DNA of 58,327 bases, counting the filler, from Diploschistes diacapsis (taxonomy: Eukaryota), in the NCBI GenBank assembly GCA_023645945.1. It is 5 parts of 5 records of this genome, joined end to end, with 100 filler letters (N's around TTAATTAATTAA, not from the genome) between each part and the next. Parts side by side here need not be neighbours in the genome. Positions count along the whole stretch, not along the records: positions 11,700 to 23,296 come from JALAIB010000818.1; positions 23,397 to 34,988 come from JALAIB010000819.1; 3 more parts are not named here. The stretch is one strand, 5' to 3'. The position numbers were made by a program, and so were the translations under genes. Below, piece after piece: positions 11,600 through 25,447 of the stretch (position 1 is the first letter of the stretch; every line of letters begins with the position of its first letter). Below the pieces are notes generated by a model that had not been told where the DNA came from, ran no database searches, and was given only the letters and a program-made list of their open reading frames with translations.

Positions 11600-11699
11600 N
11601 NNNNNNNNNNNNNNNNNNNNNNNNNNNNNNNNNNNNNNNNNNNTTAATTAATTAANNNNNNNNNNNNNNNNNNNNNNNNNNNNNNNNNNNNNNNNNNNN
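11600..11699. other. artificial contig spacer
   Basis: N44-TTAATTAATTAA-N44 (stops in all six frames). Confidence 0.97.
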
Positions 11700-12501
11700 A
11701 AAAAGACTATGGCGACGTTTTTATATAATTTAAATTAATAGCCAGCTATTAATAGTAAGTTATCGCAATAGCGCTGTTATTAACAAATAATTGTCCGAGC
11801 AGATCTATCTTTAATAAATATCTGTCAACGGGTATCTGTCAGTCACGTGACCCCTATCACCGTGATTGGCTATATACAGAAAGCTAGGACGTGCCAAGTC
11901 TAATACTTGGATCGTAACAGATAGATCAAAATATATTAGGATTTTTTATTATTATATACGGGATTTAGTTAAACGAGGCCGTATTAATATTATTTATATA
12001 CTTATAAATAAGATAGTTACCGACGGATTAACGAAACCATTAAATTACGCTAAACATGATATATTTATTAAAAGATTTAGATTAATATAGAAGATATTTA
12101 ACTAAATTAGATAAACATATCGATAATTCCGCCCATGAAAGAGTATTAAATAGGCAAATAGAATACATAATTAGGAAGTTTAACTAAACCTCAGGTTCAG
12201 GTTCAGTTCAGCTGAATCTACTAGGGTTCCTATTAATCCTAATCGGGAGTAGTACAAGTCTATAGGACTTAGTGGATCCTATTGGTATAAGAGCTTGCAT
12301 ATAGACTATTCCTTCTAGTTAGATCTCTAGATATCTAGACTTCAATACATGCGTTGCCCAAAAAAAGCCTTCTTTCCAGAGATAGTCTAAGATTTATAAT
12401 TACTCTACTTTCTTCTCCTGCTTGCACTCCTCTTCTAAACGAGACCAAACCCACCTTGATCAATACCTCGTGTCTACCTTGTAGAGATAGAGATCATAAC
12501 A
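11700..12501 (+). mobile_element. RIP-degraded Ty1/Copia retrotransposon 3' end: RNase H relic plus LTR (about 12144-12501)
   Basis: RSKYIRIFYYYIRDLV...IVTDGLTKPL is a mutated Copia R.KHI.I.YH.IRD...ADGLTKPL motif. The LTR ends in CATAACA; related LTR parts lie at 24520-24655 and 33865-33960. Confidence 0.85.
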
Positions 12502-12505
12502 CAGG

Positions 12506-12769
12506 AATTCGAAACGCTTTTAAAATGTTTCTAAAATATAAGAAATAGGATTTACTTATTAGATTAATTTAGTCTATACCGAAGCGAATACAGGCTTATA
12601 TCGACGCGTAAGGATGGCAAACTAAATACTAAAATAATTTATTATTTAAGAGCTTTAAAATGATCTACTTTGCGCATTCATTGAAGCTTTATTAAGTGCG
12701 CAATGGCTTGATAAACTTGGTAGGTGGTATTTGTTTATTTGATACCTAACTACTTTTGGCACGTGACTG
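12506..12769 (+). mobile_element. 3' end of a Tc1-like DNA transposon with TIR (12743-12769), abutting the Copia LTR
   Basis: Aligns by eye with about 35433-35696; ends GGCACGTGACTG followed by TA. Confidence 0.85.
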
Positions 12770-13318
12770 TAGCTATTATTCGATCTATAGGGCTTTAAAT
12801 TAATTACTTTCAGAAATATTTTATTTTAAATATTTATTATTGTAGTTTTGCTATTGTATCACGTGTTCGGGTACTAGGGTCACGACGTTAGCCGAGACTT
12901 TCCCCGGACCTACCGGTGCAATCCCTGCACCCTTTATACTACTATGTTTCTTACAACCATAGGGTGCTCCTGAACGCACCATGCAGCTCAAGTCACTCTA
13001 GGCAAATGGGTTTGTGAGTACAAATGGTACGTCAAAAGGTACGAGAGCTCTCGAGGTTTGTCCTTGACTTGAATTATTGCATTGTCCCCTTGAATGATCA
13101 GGTTTGGTTTTGGTTTGTCTATTTCAGCTGTTGTTAGTGTCCGTGTACCTCCGTAGAGTGCTGGGTGTGTACCACCCCACCGGGGCGGGGCCACCAGGGA
13201 AAAGTGGCTCACTTGCCCGCGAGGATTCTACGTCCAGTCCAGCGTTACTCACGCAGGATAAACTGCCGAGACTTGCACTATTTCCGCCTGGGTTTCCTGT
13301 GCCCTTCACTCCTCCTGC

Positions 13319-14378
<1,060 letters not shown>

Positions 14379-14928
14379 TATGGCTCCACGAAGGGGTTTT
14401 CAGGAAAAAGGAGAAGGATAAACAGTTAATGGGTCGGTTTCATTCCGGCGTCGGGTGAATTTCAAGGTAGAGCTTGCTCGACCGAGTGCCTACAATCGCG
14501 AAGGGGTCGAGTTGCGTTCCTTGCAGAATCCGCCAAGCCAACACGGATTGGGTCTAGTTTCGCGACAGGCTCTAGTATTGTTTCAAGAGGCCCGGAAAAC
14601 TACTTGTATGAGGGGAAACAATAGAGGCTAAAGAAGGGCCCACGCTACTGATTTGTCAGAGTTCTTTCAGAGGGTTTTTTTTAGAAAAGTCACGGGAACC
14701 CAATACACAGTGGAACTTAATTCTCTCTTCATGTGTCAAAACTGCAGTCGGGGTTGAACTTGATGTCCCCTGGTACTTCAAGTGACTCCTACCATGCGCC
14801 TCGCTCCCCTCCATCGCCCTTGGATGCCAGAGCTCCGTCGTTGAGTAAATAAGTAGACCGTCGTAGAAATAGGAAGAGACCCTACTATGTAGCACAAAAA
14901 TCCATTGCGATCCTCCCTGTATACCCTT

Positions 14929-17204
14929 TCATCGATCATCCAGCATAACGACCGTCATCTCGCTGAGCCTCCTCGTGAGCGGACCGACTATTTCATCCAC
15001 GACCACAGCGTCTCTGTGTTTTGGGAGTTCCTGTTGCTTCCATCTCTGCCGAGAAGCCATTCCCGCCCCCGCCTTCGCTGGGTTTGGGCTCGGGCTTGCC
15101 GCACTGGGATGCTTTGCCCTTGCTAACCCACCCTTCCACGCTTTGCGGGTTTCGGAGATTATGTCGTAGCCCTCCGGGACTTTATCTTTATCCTCCCGCC
15201 TTGTCTCGTCCTTGTCTGATGACTTGGTGTGGGCGGCAGGAATCCTGGAGTCGTCAGGAGGCATGGAAGTGTCAGAAATTATGACACCGAGACCGGCGGC
15301 TCCCACAACGTCTCTGCTTTCGGGTTTTCCGATACTGCCGTCGCTGCCATGGCTCGCACGGCTTGCACGATCCTTTGCAGTAGCTGTAGCAGCAAATCTT
15401 TTTGGTCTTTCTCCGCCGTCACCGCTGGCTACCGAGTCCTTCCCAATCTTCAGCGGCAACGGGGAAAGACCCCCGGTGCCACTGGTAACCGATGACGTTC
15501 TCCCCTCCCCACCTTGCACCGACGGATCCAAGCACCTGCTCACACTCTGCTCCGGCCCTCTTCTTCCCCCCCCAACGCTGTTCTGTATCAGAAGCCTTGA
15601 GCTCCCCGCACTCGTCTGCGTGCTGCTCCTGTTATGACTAGGCCTGGCGCTGGCGGTACTGTCCCTAACACTGTCCGGCTCGCTCAAACTTCCTTCTCCG
15701 CCATTCAAGCTCGCAACCTCCTCGTCATAGCCAGCGTTGACGCTACCCATCTGGCCATTGCGACCGAGCGGAAAGCCAGTGGAGAAACCGATGCCAAAGC
15801 CAGCACCCAGTTCCTCGGCGTTGCGCCCACTTGCTTCGAAGAGCAAGGCAGATATGGCGTCGTGAAGCTGTGTTGAAATCGGAGCCCGAAGATGACGAAG
15901 GAGCTTCAGCGAAAGGTGTCTCGAGTCTGGCTGATCAGGTGAGGGGTTGGGATTAGATTTAGTGGGTTTGTGGGGACTGGGCGGCACAAGGGAGCGTCGT
16001 AGCTGGACTTGAATCTCGGGCGGAGAAGAGCAGGCGAGATGCTTGAGGAGTGTAAGAAGGGGGATGAGATTGGTATCGTAGTCTGCGTCCGGGTGTACGA
16101 CGAATGCGTTGTCGAGCGCCGTGAGGAGGCGAGCGACGGCGGGCCTGAGTTCGGACTTGCCAGGGAGAAGCCTCTTTGCATCATTGCTCATAGGAAAGTT
16201 GAGGATGGCATTGATTAGAAGATTCAAGGGGGGCTCAAGAGCTGAAGAGGTTGTGGCTGGGACATGGGCGACGATTTTGAAGATGGAGGGAAGAGATTTG
16301 TTGAATATGGGTGTGCGTTGGGGGGCAAAATGCGTGATATTGAATAGGAGCTTGAGGGTCTCCGAAAGGGCATAGTCGTCGCTCATATCGGGGGGCTTCT
16401 TCGGCGTTACTTTGCTATACCGTTTGGCATGACGGACAAGGTTCTGACGAAGTTGTTGATCAGATAGGTGAATTTACTCGTCCGCTCTTGCTTACCTCGT
16501 TTATATGCTCAGCCAAGTGGTGACGGTCTATCAGCTCTGGAAAGCTTTGGGTGGTGCCGTAGGAGGTCAGAAATAGGATCCGGGACATGAGGAATTCATC
16601 GTCTTTCTTGGGAGACTGTGCATTCTTTAGTAGGCACAGGCGGTACACAGCTCCCTGATCCAGTACCTTTAATCGCGCAACAGCTTTGGGGGAGTAACCT
16701 AGATCTACAAAAATCTGTCGCGTTGGGGCCACCGCTAACAGTGCGTTTGCGAGACACTGGAGGGCTGCTTTCGAAGTTGTTGGCGAGGTTGTATGAAAGC
16801 TGTGCCGAGTCAAGATTTCGATGCCCTTTTGGGACACTTTAGCCTTGGTCTGAAAGTAGGAAGCAGATGGCGGGAGTTCACGCACCTCGCGAGTGAAGAT
16901 AGGGTCGGCATTGGCGGGATTCCTACCGAATACCTTCAACTGCTCCATGGCGGCATTGCGCTCTGTTTGGGCATCAGCGTGGATCCAGAAGCCAGCCATG
17001 CTTGCTCATACCGTGAGGGAGGAAATTGACCTCCTTAAGATCTGCTCGGAGGTCCTGAACCAGTTTGGCCACGCGCCGCAGTTTTTCTAAGGACCACGGG
17101 GTCAGTTCCTGCTTCGAGTCCAACTAGGTATGAAGCCAATGTTGCTTACCCTCGCCCGATATCTCATCGTGAGTGACTATGGGTATGGACTCAAAAGGCG
17201 TCAT
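14929..17204 (-). CDS. RIC8: RIC8/synembryn-like G-alpha chaperone/GEF with atypical C-terminus
   Basis: EQLKVFGRNPANADPIFTREGIEIL, ALQCLANALL, DEFLMSRILFLTSY, ALSETLKLLFNITHF, LINAILN, ISALLFEAS. Confidence 0.8.
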
Positions 17205-19859
17205 GCGTGTGGAGTGCACGAGCAGGGTAGTCGTTTGAGCACCGGAGCAGCTACAATCGTGGGGGAGGCTGATCTTGGACCAAGTTGCTTGGTAAGGGGT
17301 GTCAGTTAAATTTGGTAAAAGATGCGAGATAGACGTTGGTATGGACTTCGATCCGGACTCTGATCGAATCCAGCTACCGTTATGGTGGAGCAGAGACTCC
17401 CATCATTTGCTACAATGCTCGAAAGGGCATGAGAGCTCTGGGTTGCGGCGCAGATTGAGCTTCTGGCCGCGGTCTCTATAGCTGGCTGTATGACTGATTA
17501 CCGTAGAATAGCGGAGTGAGTGGGTGGGGCCAGGCAGAGGCAAACACGGCTATCAAAACATGACACCTATTTCTGCAACATTGAGAAGATCACAAAGCTG
17601 GCAGAAGCTCGGAGGAAATTGTGATCAGCATACGTAGTAGGGGTTGGGTCAAAAGCTGGCTGTTCCTCGAGAGAGCGTGATAGGGGAAAAGCAAGGCTGT
17701 ATAGGATTCTCGCGTAATCACCCAAAACCCTACTTTTTTGAACACTGCTTTGTGGCCTTGGTAGCTAAAAACCCATTTTCGGTATACGATCGCTTGGCAG
17801 GTTCTGCACCAGACGACGAAAAGGGCGAAAAGGGAAAAGCACGAAAAGCACGAAAATGACGAAAACGGGCAGCAGGTGAGCACGGGGGAAGGCCGAGGAA
17901 AAGGCACGAAAAGGCAGAGGAATAATAATGCGCAGTGGGTTTCATTGGCAGTAGACACGCGAGGTATCAATTTATTGTTTCCCTTTGGGCAGTTCACCAA
18001 CCATCTGTCCATACCACAGAGGGGGGAAGTACTTTTGCTAGCTGCAGCTATGCACTCCATATCCATCCCATACCGAGGAGTTAGTTGCAGTTGATGTGAT
18101 AACAAGAGCCATAGTGGCGCCTCCTGCCATAGATAGCTGCCAGTGTTTTCCCCAGGTACCCAACTAATGCAAGCTAAGAGTAACGTGCCTCAATCGTGAT
18201 GCAGCTTTACTATTTCATTCAAAAAGGGTACGTTCCCCCTCATCCTATGCGACCCCCTATGCGACCCCACGAGCGGCGGCACATAGCCTGCCTGGTTGAC
18301 CTTTTCCAGACCCCATCCATCTCCTCCAGGATTTGTGCCGTAATCTCCGCAAGGCTTCTCAAAGACAGAGAACCTTGTGCAAAAAATTCTCTTAGGAATA
18401 ACATGATTGGAGTGCTTAGGCTGGGAAAGAGTTGTTGGCGCAAAAAGACCAGCAATGGGGGGGGGGGGGAACATTGAGGCATTTAGGTCTTCTTGGATCT
18501 CCTCAGGTCTCCCCAGGTCTCCCTCGTAGGAAGCAGAATAAGCGTACAGCCTTCAGCGATGTCCGACTGTTAGCGCATATCAGCTTTTTACCCCAAACCG
18601 TTCAAGCAAGACATGAGCCGTGCTAAACGTCGGATACCAACAGACAGGAATGGAATTAAAGATTCTCTGTACCATCATATGAGCTCTCGGGTACTTTTGT
18701 TTTTCGCGACCGACCATTATCCGCTCTCTCCATCCCCAATAATCGTCCTTGAGCTTTGACGGCACGGGAAAAGCTGCCCAATTGAAGCATCTGGCCAAGA
18801 TAATCGGGAGTCTCAGTAGCGGAGGCGGGTGTGATTTTGAACTGGCTGCGGTCTGGCTCCTGCAAAGCACGTTGCACGCGTGGGTTTAAGTGAGTGGTAT
18901 TGACGACTGTAGTGCAGCATCATCAACGTAATGCTCAGCCGAGCATCGTACCTGTACCTGTACCTGTGCCTGTGCACCGCTGTCCGCGGCCTTCCCGATA
19001 AGGTGTTACTATCGTACTGCGTCTCTCTCCGCGGGCAGACCGCAGCTATTCGTATGTGTACCGTGATGCAATGCAGTATCTATTCAATCCTTCGGCATTA
19101 CGCAGACAATGCAGGGAATAGCCGCATGAGGACCTCCAGTAGCGGGCAGCGAATAGAGTATCAAGTTCAGCACAGTGAGTAGCCCGAGACCCGCATGCGG
19201 ATAGATGTTAAGTACGCCGTGCTACAACACAAGTCTTCAGCTCTGCAGTTGTCATGTTGTTCTCCGCTCAGCTCTATCTTCCATGAAGCGGATTGTTGGT
19301 CCAGGCCGTGTGGAACAGAAGCGACATACTACTTGGTGCACTAGCGACAGCAAAGTTTATTTGTTCCCGAGGGGGCCAAGGTTGCTATTAGACGATAACA
19401 GACGCTCCATATAAAATTATTATTATCTATTATTAGAGGGTATCAAGAGTTCACTCGCCTTTCGCCCCCACCCTATCTATGCTGCTAATACTATTTCGTC
19501 TTAGCCTTGTCGCATCCCCTGTCTAGCCCCCTGTCTTCCACGCGATGTCGATATTCTCACACGTCATCCTCATCTCCTCCTCCTCTTTCTCTCTGTAATA
19601 AGTTGTTTTTTTTGGTGGTATTATTATCATTGTTATCATTGTTGTTATCGTTATATTATTTATCATTGCATATCGTTATATTACCATTATAGTAAAGCGT
19701 TGTATTATTATCGTTATTTTCAATATTATCCTTCATTAAGGGACCATTGCTCATTACTTAACTGACTTCAATGGCCAGCCGAAGTGTGACCTGCCACTAA
19801 GCTTTCGCACGCAGCCCCAGAGCCACGGCTGTGGAGCACAGCTCCTCTGCTGCTACAAC

Positions 19860-19930
19860 CTGAACCTGCACCTGGGCCTGGACTTGGGCTTGGACTTGGA
19901 CTTGGACTTGGACTTGGACTTGCACCTGCA
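19860..19930 (+). repeat. hexamer tandem repeat (CTTGGA/CCTGCA)n upstream of the sugar porter
   Basis: Seen directly. Confidence 0.85.
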
Positions 19931-20345
19931 CCGGGACTTCCCTTGAAGCCCTCTTCTCGCCTCTCCTCTCCTTGTTCTTTTGTGTCCCAAAGGCTATGCC
20001 TGCCCACCAACCCCTCATCGTCGCCATCTAGTTTCTATGCGCACACACATGTTTCTGCTATCGATCCCCCTTAACCCAGGGCTCTATGCGAAACGTCAGC
20101 AGCATCGAATCTCCTACAGCTTTGGTGGAGTAATAGCGTGTTTGCACTTCATAGAGTGGGAGAAGAGAGTCTGAATCCATTCCCCAACCTCCGCATCTCG
20201 CTTGAGGTCCGACCTCTGCAGAGGGTGTTGTATCCTTACGAGTGCGTGGAAAATTGCACAATATCTTTTCGACCCCAAAAGCCCCAAGAGACGTTCTGAG
20301 TCCATCGCACAAACTTGAACGGGCAGCATCTGCCTCGTCATCAAG

Positions 20346-22164
20346 ATGCACTGCGTTACAAATGTCTACGGTGTCTGCGCCTTTGCAGCAATAGGTGAGT
20401 TTTGCTTCTTCAGATTCTTCCCAGTGAGCATGGGCTGATCAGATTGGTTCCAAGGTGGCGGCCTCTTCGGCTTTGACATATCTTCCATGGCAGGTGTGCT
20501 TGGCACAAGCGCATATCAGAACTACTTTGGCAATCCTGTTTCATACACACAGGGATACATCACCGCAGCCATGCCTTGCGGCTCCATATTCGGCACCTTT
20601 TTGGCTTCTTACCTCGGCGACAAGTACTCGAGGAAGGTGGCTATCCAAGCTTCCTGCCTGTTCTGGAGCGCTGGCTCCATAATACAGGCCTTGTCGAATG
20701 GTATTCCAATGTTGGTCATGGGCAGAATCATCGCCGGGCTGGGTGTTGGACTGGCAAGCACGATAGTGCCCATATACCAGGCGGAGATCGCGCCGAAAGA
20801 GATTCGAGGAAGGGTCATCACTTTGCAGCAATGGGCCATCACGTGGGGGATCCTCATCTCCTACTTCATCCAGTACGGCTCGTCTTTCGTTGACGGAGGA
20901 CCGATCAATCCGATCCAGAGCACGCTGGCTTTCCGCATACCCTGGGCAATCCAGGTTTTGCCCGCCCTGATCCTGTTCTTCGGTCTCATCTTCTTTCCCC
21001 ACTCTCCGCGCTGGCTTGCGTCGCAGGATCGATGGGAGGAGGCAATCCAGGTACTGGCGGACCTGCACGCCGGTGGCGATGTCAAGCATCCTAAAGTACT
21101 GGCGCAGTACCGAGAGATCGAGGAGTCGCTGCGCTACGAGCAAGATACCGCCGCTGCCGGCTGGAACGCTTTGAGGCGACCCGAGCTGGCCCGGAGGGTC
21201 GTTCTCGGAATGTCGATTCAGATGTGGTCCTCTCTCAGCGGTATGAATGTTTTGATGTATTACATCGTTTGTGAGTAACTCGTTCGTGCTTCTGGAAGAA
21301 CAGTGTACTGATATTCTGGCAGACATCATGCAGAGCGCCAGAATCGGATCTCCACTGTTGACTGCCGCAATTCAGTACATCATCAACGTGGTCATGACCC
21401 TTCCAGCCATCTTCTATCTTGACAAATGGGGACGTCGACCGCTGATGCTACTCGGTTCGACTGGAATGGCCGCCCTCCTTTTCACCGCCGGCGGTCTCCA
21501 AGCATCCTATGGCCAGCCTGTCGACGATGCGGCAGAAACTTGGGCCATTGTCGGCCACCTGGATGCTTCGCGGGGCATAGTAGTATGCTCGTACCTCTTC
21601 GTCGGCGTGTTCGCCACAACCTGGGGTCCCATCAGCTGGACCTACCCCGCCGAGATCTTCCCGAACAAAGTCCGCGCCAAAGCCGTGTCGATGAGCACGG
21701 CGAGCAACTGGATCACCAACTCCATTCTCGCCTTCGCCGTCCCTCCTCTGCTGAGCACGATCAACTGGAAAACGTACATGGTTTTTGGAACCTTCAACGT
21801 GCTTGCTTTCATCCACATCTTCCTCACCGCTCCCGAAACGAAGAACTTTACGCTCGAGGAGATGGATGCTGTGTTCGCGGGCAGTGCCAAGCCCTGGAGA
21901 CAGGAGTCGCTGGGCTCGGCGCTGGGGAAGACGAGCAACCTTGACGAGCTCGAGAGGCAGATTGCCCACGGCGACATCAAGGTTGCTGTACCAGGGGATG
22001 CCGAGGTGGAGGACGATAAGCCGATAATGGTAGAGACAATTATTGAGCTGACGAACATGAGGAAACAGAGCCTGGTGAGCGCGAACTCGAGCGAGATGGA
22101 GGTGGCGGCGAAGACGAGGAACCTGGGGGTCGTGACGCCGGTCGGGTGGTACCATGCCAGGTGA
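20346..22164 (+). CDS. MFS sugar porter, high-affinity glucose transporter (HGT1-like), 2 introns
   Basis: GGGLFGFDISSM, YQAEIAPKEIRGR, QQWAITWGI, PHSPRWLA, SGMNVLMYYI, DKWGRRPL, WTYPAEIFP, APETKNFTLEEMD. Confidence 0.93.
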
Positions 22165-22727
22165 TGAGACGATGAGCCGCTGGATGGAGCCAATGCTTAT
22201 GAATCTTACGAATTTTACAAGCGAACGGCTCAAAGCGACGGAGCTATGGCGTTTCGCTGGGAAGAAGCGCCCTGTGGCTTAATCTAGTTTAGATACCCAT
22301 CTCGAGCTGAATCTGCAATGCATACTTTGCCTTGATCGCGAGAAGATCCAAGCGCCGTGCCAGAGAATGATGGCTTGTGATTCATCGCAGCCCAGCAGCC
22401 ACTCAACCTAGGAACGGCAGGCCGTTGTCTTTCAAGCTTCGATCTATCAAAGACGATGCACAAGAACACAGTATGACGTAATAGTACATACATGAACCCC
22501 ATACAATGTTAGAACATGTACGCACCCAGTTCTTCCATACCTCAGCAGCAACTTCCCCAATCCTCATACAAGAAAAAATCCTCACTTGCGCTCCCCCAAA
22601 TTCTTCTTCAGCCCCTCCACCAACAGCAGCAGCACCAGCAGCACCACCACCCCCACCACACTCCCCAAAACCAAAACCCTCCAACAGTCCCACCAAACCA
22701 CAAACCGCCCCTCCCCCCCAAAAAAAA

Positions 22728-23296
22728 ATGCTAATAATCGGCCTAACCGGCTCCATCGCAACCGGCAAGTCCACCGCGGCCGCGCTGCTCTCGTCGCCGC
22801 CCCACCGGCTGCCGCTCATCGACGCCGACGTCATCGCCCGCGCCGTCGTCGCGCCCGGCACGCGCGCCTACGGCCAGATCGTCGCGCACTTTGGGCCGCT
22901 GGCCCCGGACCTGCTGCTGCTGCCGCCGCCTCCTTCCGCCAGCCGCCCCGCGGCTTCGCCATCGTCGTCCTCGCCACCGTCGTCCTCGGCTCGGCCGCTC
23001 AACCGCGCGGCGCTGTCGCGCCTGGTCTTCGGCTCCTCGCCGCGCCAGGCGGCCAACAGGGAGAAGCTCAACGGCATCGTGCACCCGGCGGTGCGGCGCG
23101 CGCTGGCGCGCGACGTGCTGGCCGCCTACGCGCGCGGCCACTGGGCCGTCGTCGTCGACGTGCCGCTGCTGTTCGAGGCCGGCCTGGACCTGTTTGCCGG
23201 CGCGGTCATCGTGGTCGCGGTGCGCGACCGCGAGCTGCAGATTCGCCGCTTGATGCGCAGGGATGCCGAGCGGGAGGGGGTTGGCCTGGGGGGGAA
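22728..23296 (+). CDS. CAB5: dephospho-CoA kinase, partial (cut by contig end)
   Basis: MLIIGLTGSIATGKST P-loop, IDADVIAR, LNGIVHPAV, VVDVPLLFE. Confidence 0.92.
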
Positions 23297-23396
23297 NNNN
23301 NNNNNNNNNNNNNNNNNNNNNNNNNNNNNNNNNNNNNNNNTTAATTAATTAANNNNNNNNNNNNNNNNNNNNNNNNNNNNNNNNNNNNNNNNNNNN
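23297..23396. other. artificial contig spacer
   Basis: N44-TTAATTAATTAA-N44. Confidence 0.97.
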
Positions 23397-24655
23397 TGCC
23401 CTGCTCCCACCTAGATAGTTCCTTCTTCACCTTTTCGAATCTGAACCATTCAGCCTACAGATTGCAGCTACACGTGATCCTTCCAGATCAGGCTCAGCCC
23501 CTGGTTGTGTAGTATTCCTGTAGGGGCGTTCTAGAAATATTACAAACTTACTAACGATTAGTCTAAAAGGACACGAGCTTCATCCCTTAAAAACCAGTTT
23601 AACTAAACCGGCGGCATTATAGTCAGTTCTAATAATTCTAGATTAAATTCCGAAGACACGCTTTCTCAAATACTCGCGTATACCTCGAACGATTCCAAAT
23701 CTAATTCTTTTATTAAACACCTCGCTTGCGCGTCCGCACGACCTTCCGTCAGCTTAAGAACCTTTTAGTTACGGCGAATACGACGTTTACGTTAAAGACG
23801 ACGATCTTTAATTTCACGGAATTACTTTTTTAATTCTTTTTCTTACTTATTATCCTCGTTAATAAACTTTTCATCCTTCTCGATCTCGTCCCGCTTCGAA
23901 AAAATAATCCGTTCAACTACCTCCCATATAACAAAAACACAATCCTTCTTATTAAACTTAACATAACGAACGTATTTTACCGAAATAAAAAACATCCTAA
24001 TATAGTCGTAAAAGAATAAATAGTAATTATAAAATAATATATTTAAAAAATCTCGAAAACGAATAATAAAACCTAAACGTTTCTTTTATATCGAAGATAA
24101 AGAAGATATCGCTGTCTTACGATTTAAAATTTTCTTTTATTTAATACTTATATTAACCTTTTAATATTTATCGGGCCGATAAGATTGAAGGAAAAGGATA
24201 ATATTACGATTCAAGATATTAGACGGTAGTATTTAATATGTAACAGCTAGTCGGGCATTTCCCAATTATTTTTTATATATAGTTCAATTAGGCTGACGTG
24301 GGTTACGTGATGGGTAGAAGGTCGGGAAGATCGTTTTACTTAATTGCGAGTAGAAAAAAAGAACGGTAGTTTTATTTATTTATTTATTTATTTCATTAAG
24401 GGAGTTATTGGTTATATAAGAACGTCGTTATAGTTTTTATAAGTTTAGGGCGTGTTTATTTTTATAAATATTTTTAGTTATTACTCGGGATTAATTTATA
24501 TTTATTATTTTTATTTTTAGAGAGCCTTTTTTTTAGAAATAGTTTAAGATCTGTAATTGCTCTATCTTTTTTTCCTGCCATATTCCTCTTCTAACAGAGA
24601 CTAAACCTACCTTGACTCTACTCGTGTATACCTTGTATAGATAGAGATCATAACA
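23397..24655. mobile_element. AT-rich RIP-degraded TE nest ending in a Copia LTR 3' fragment (24520-24655)
   Basis: TpA-rich, CpA/TpG-poor, no ORFs. The end matches 12361-12501 (...ATAGAGATCATAACA). Confidence 0.7.
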
Positions 24656-25447
24656 CCATTCTCCATAATCATCGGTCATTATACTTGCTTACAGTTATTT
24701 TCCCTTGTTTTAATTGTTCATGATCAATTCTGATCCTTTCTGTGTTATGCTTTATCTGTCACTTTGAATGATTTGATCTGTCTTCCTAGTAGATTCAGCT
24801 GGTTCTAAACAATCTTCATGTACTTAATTTGTCGACTATTTGAGTTCATAATTATCACGTGCTTTCAACGACTTTATAATCATTTTCTTGGTTGCTTTCA
24901 TTATTGAGCTCATCAGTGACTTAAACTGGGATAATTTCTTCTAAAATCGCGCGATACTTAGATAACGATGCTAGGAGAATGATGGATAAATATCCCAGAA
25001 GAACTCTGTCAAGAATATCATTCTGTACGGGAATCGAAGAAGCTTGTGTTCAAGTGTAGCAAGATGGTACATGCCCACATGGAAGCTCGAGAGATGCTTC
25101 AGGTCAATTACGAACAAGCCTGGGAGACTTGAAGCTCTCCCGTGAACTTTCAGATTCATTCCATAAATTATATGAAACATCTCTCGAGCTTATATTGGTA
25201 TGAAATGGTGGAGGACTTGTTTACTGTGCAAATTGTTTTCTCTGAAGGTCACGTGCCATCGCGAGTTTATTGTGATGTATCCATGTGACCTGATGCTTTA
25301 TAGGAACTTCACGAAATCATTTGAACTGCATTTTTCTAATTGCAGTACGTCGGCAATGGAGGCGAGGCAGATAAAGCGCAATCCGATATTAGCATTGCGT
25401 CCTTGACTCCTTTTGGGTATTCTGTTACCTACTCCAAGATTGCGTGA

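Noticed and set aside
11644..11655. Regularly spaced TTAATTAATTAA repeats
   Set aside because: Synthetic linker inside N runs, not a biological repeat or CRISPR array.
11386..12900. Copia/Tc1 relics as the right boundary of the arsenic island
   Set aside because: They lie on a different contig across an artificial join.
19768..20027. (SP)n / (VQ)n repeat proteins
   Set aside because: Translations of a hexamer microsatellite with no other coding signal.
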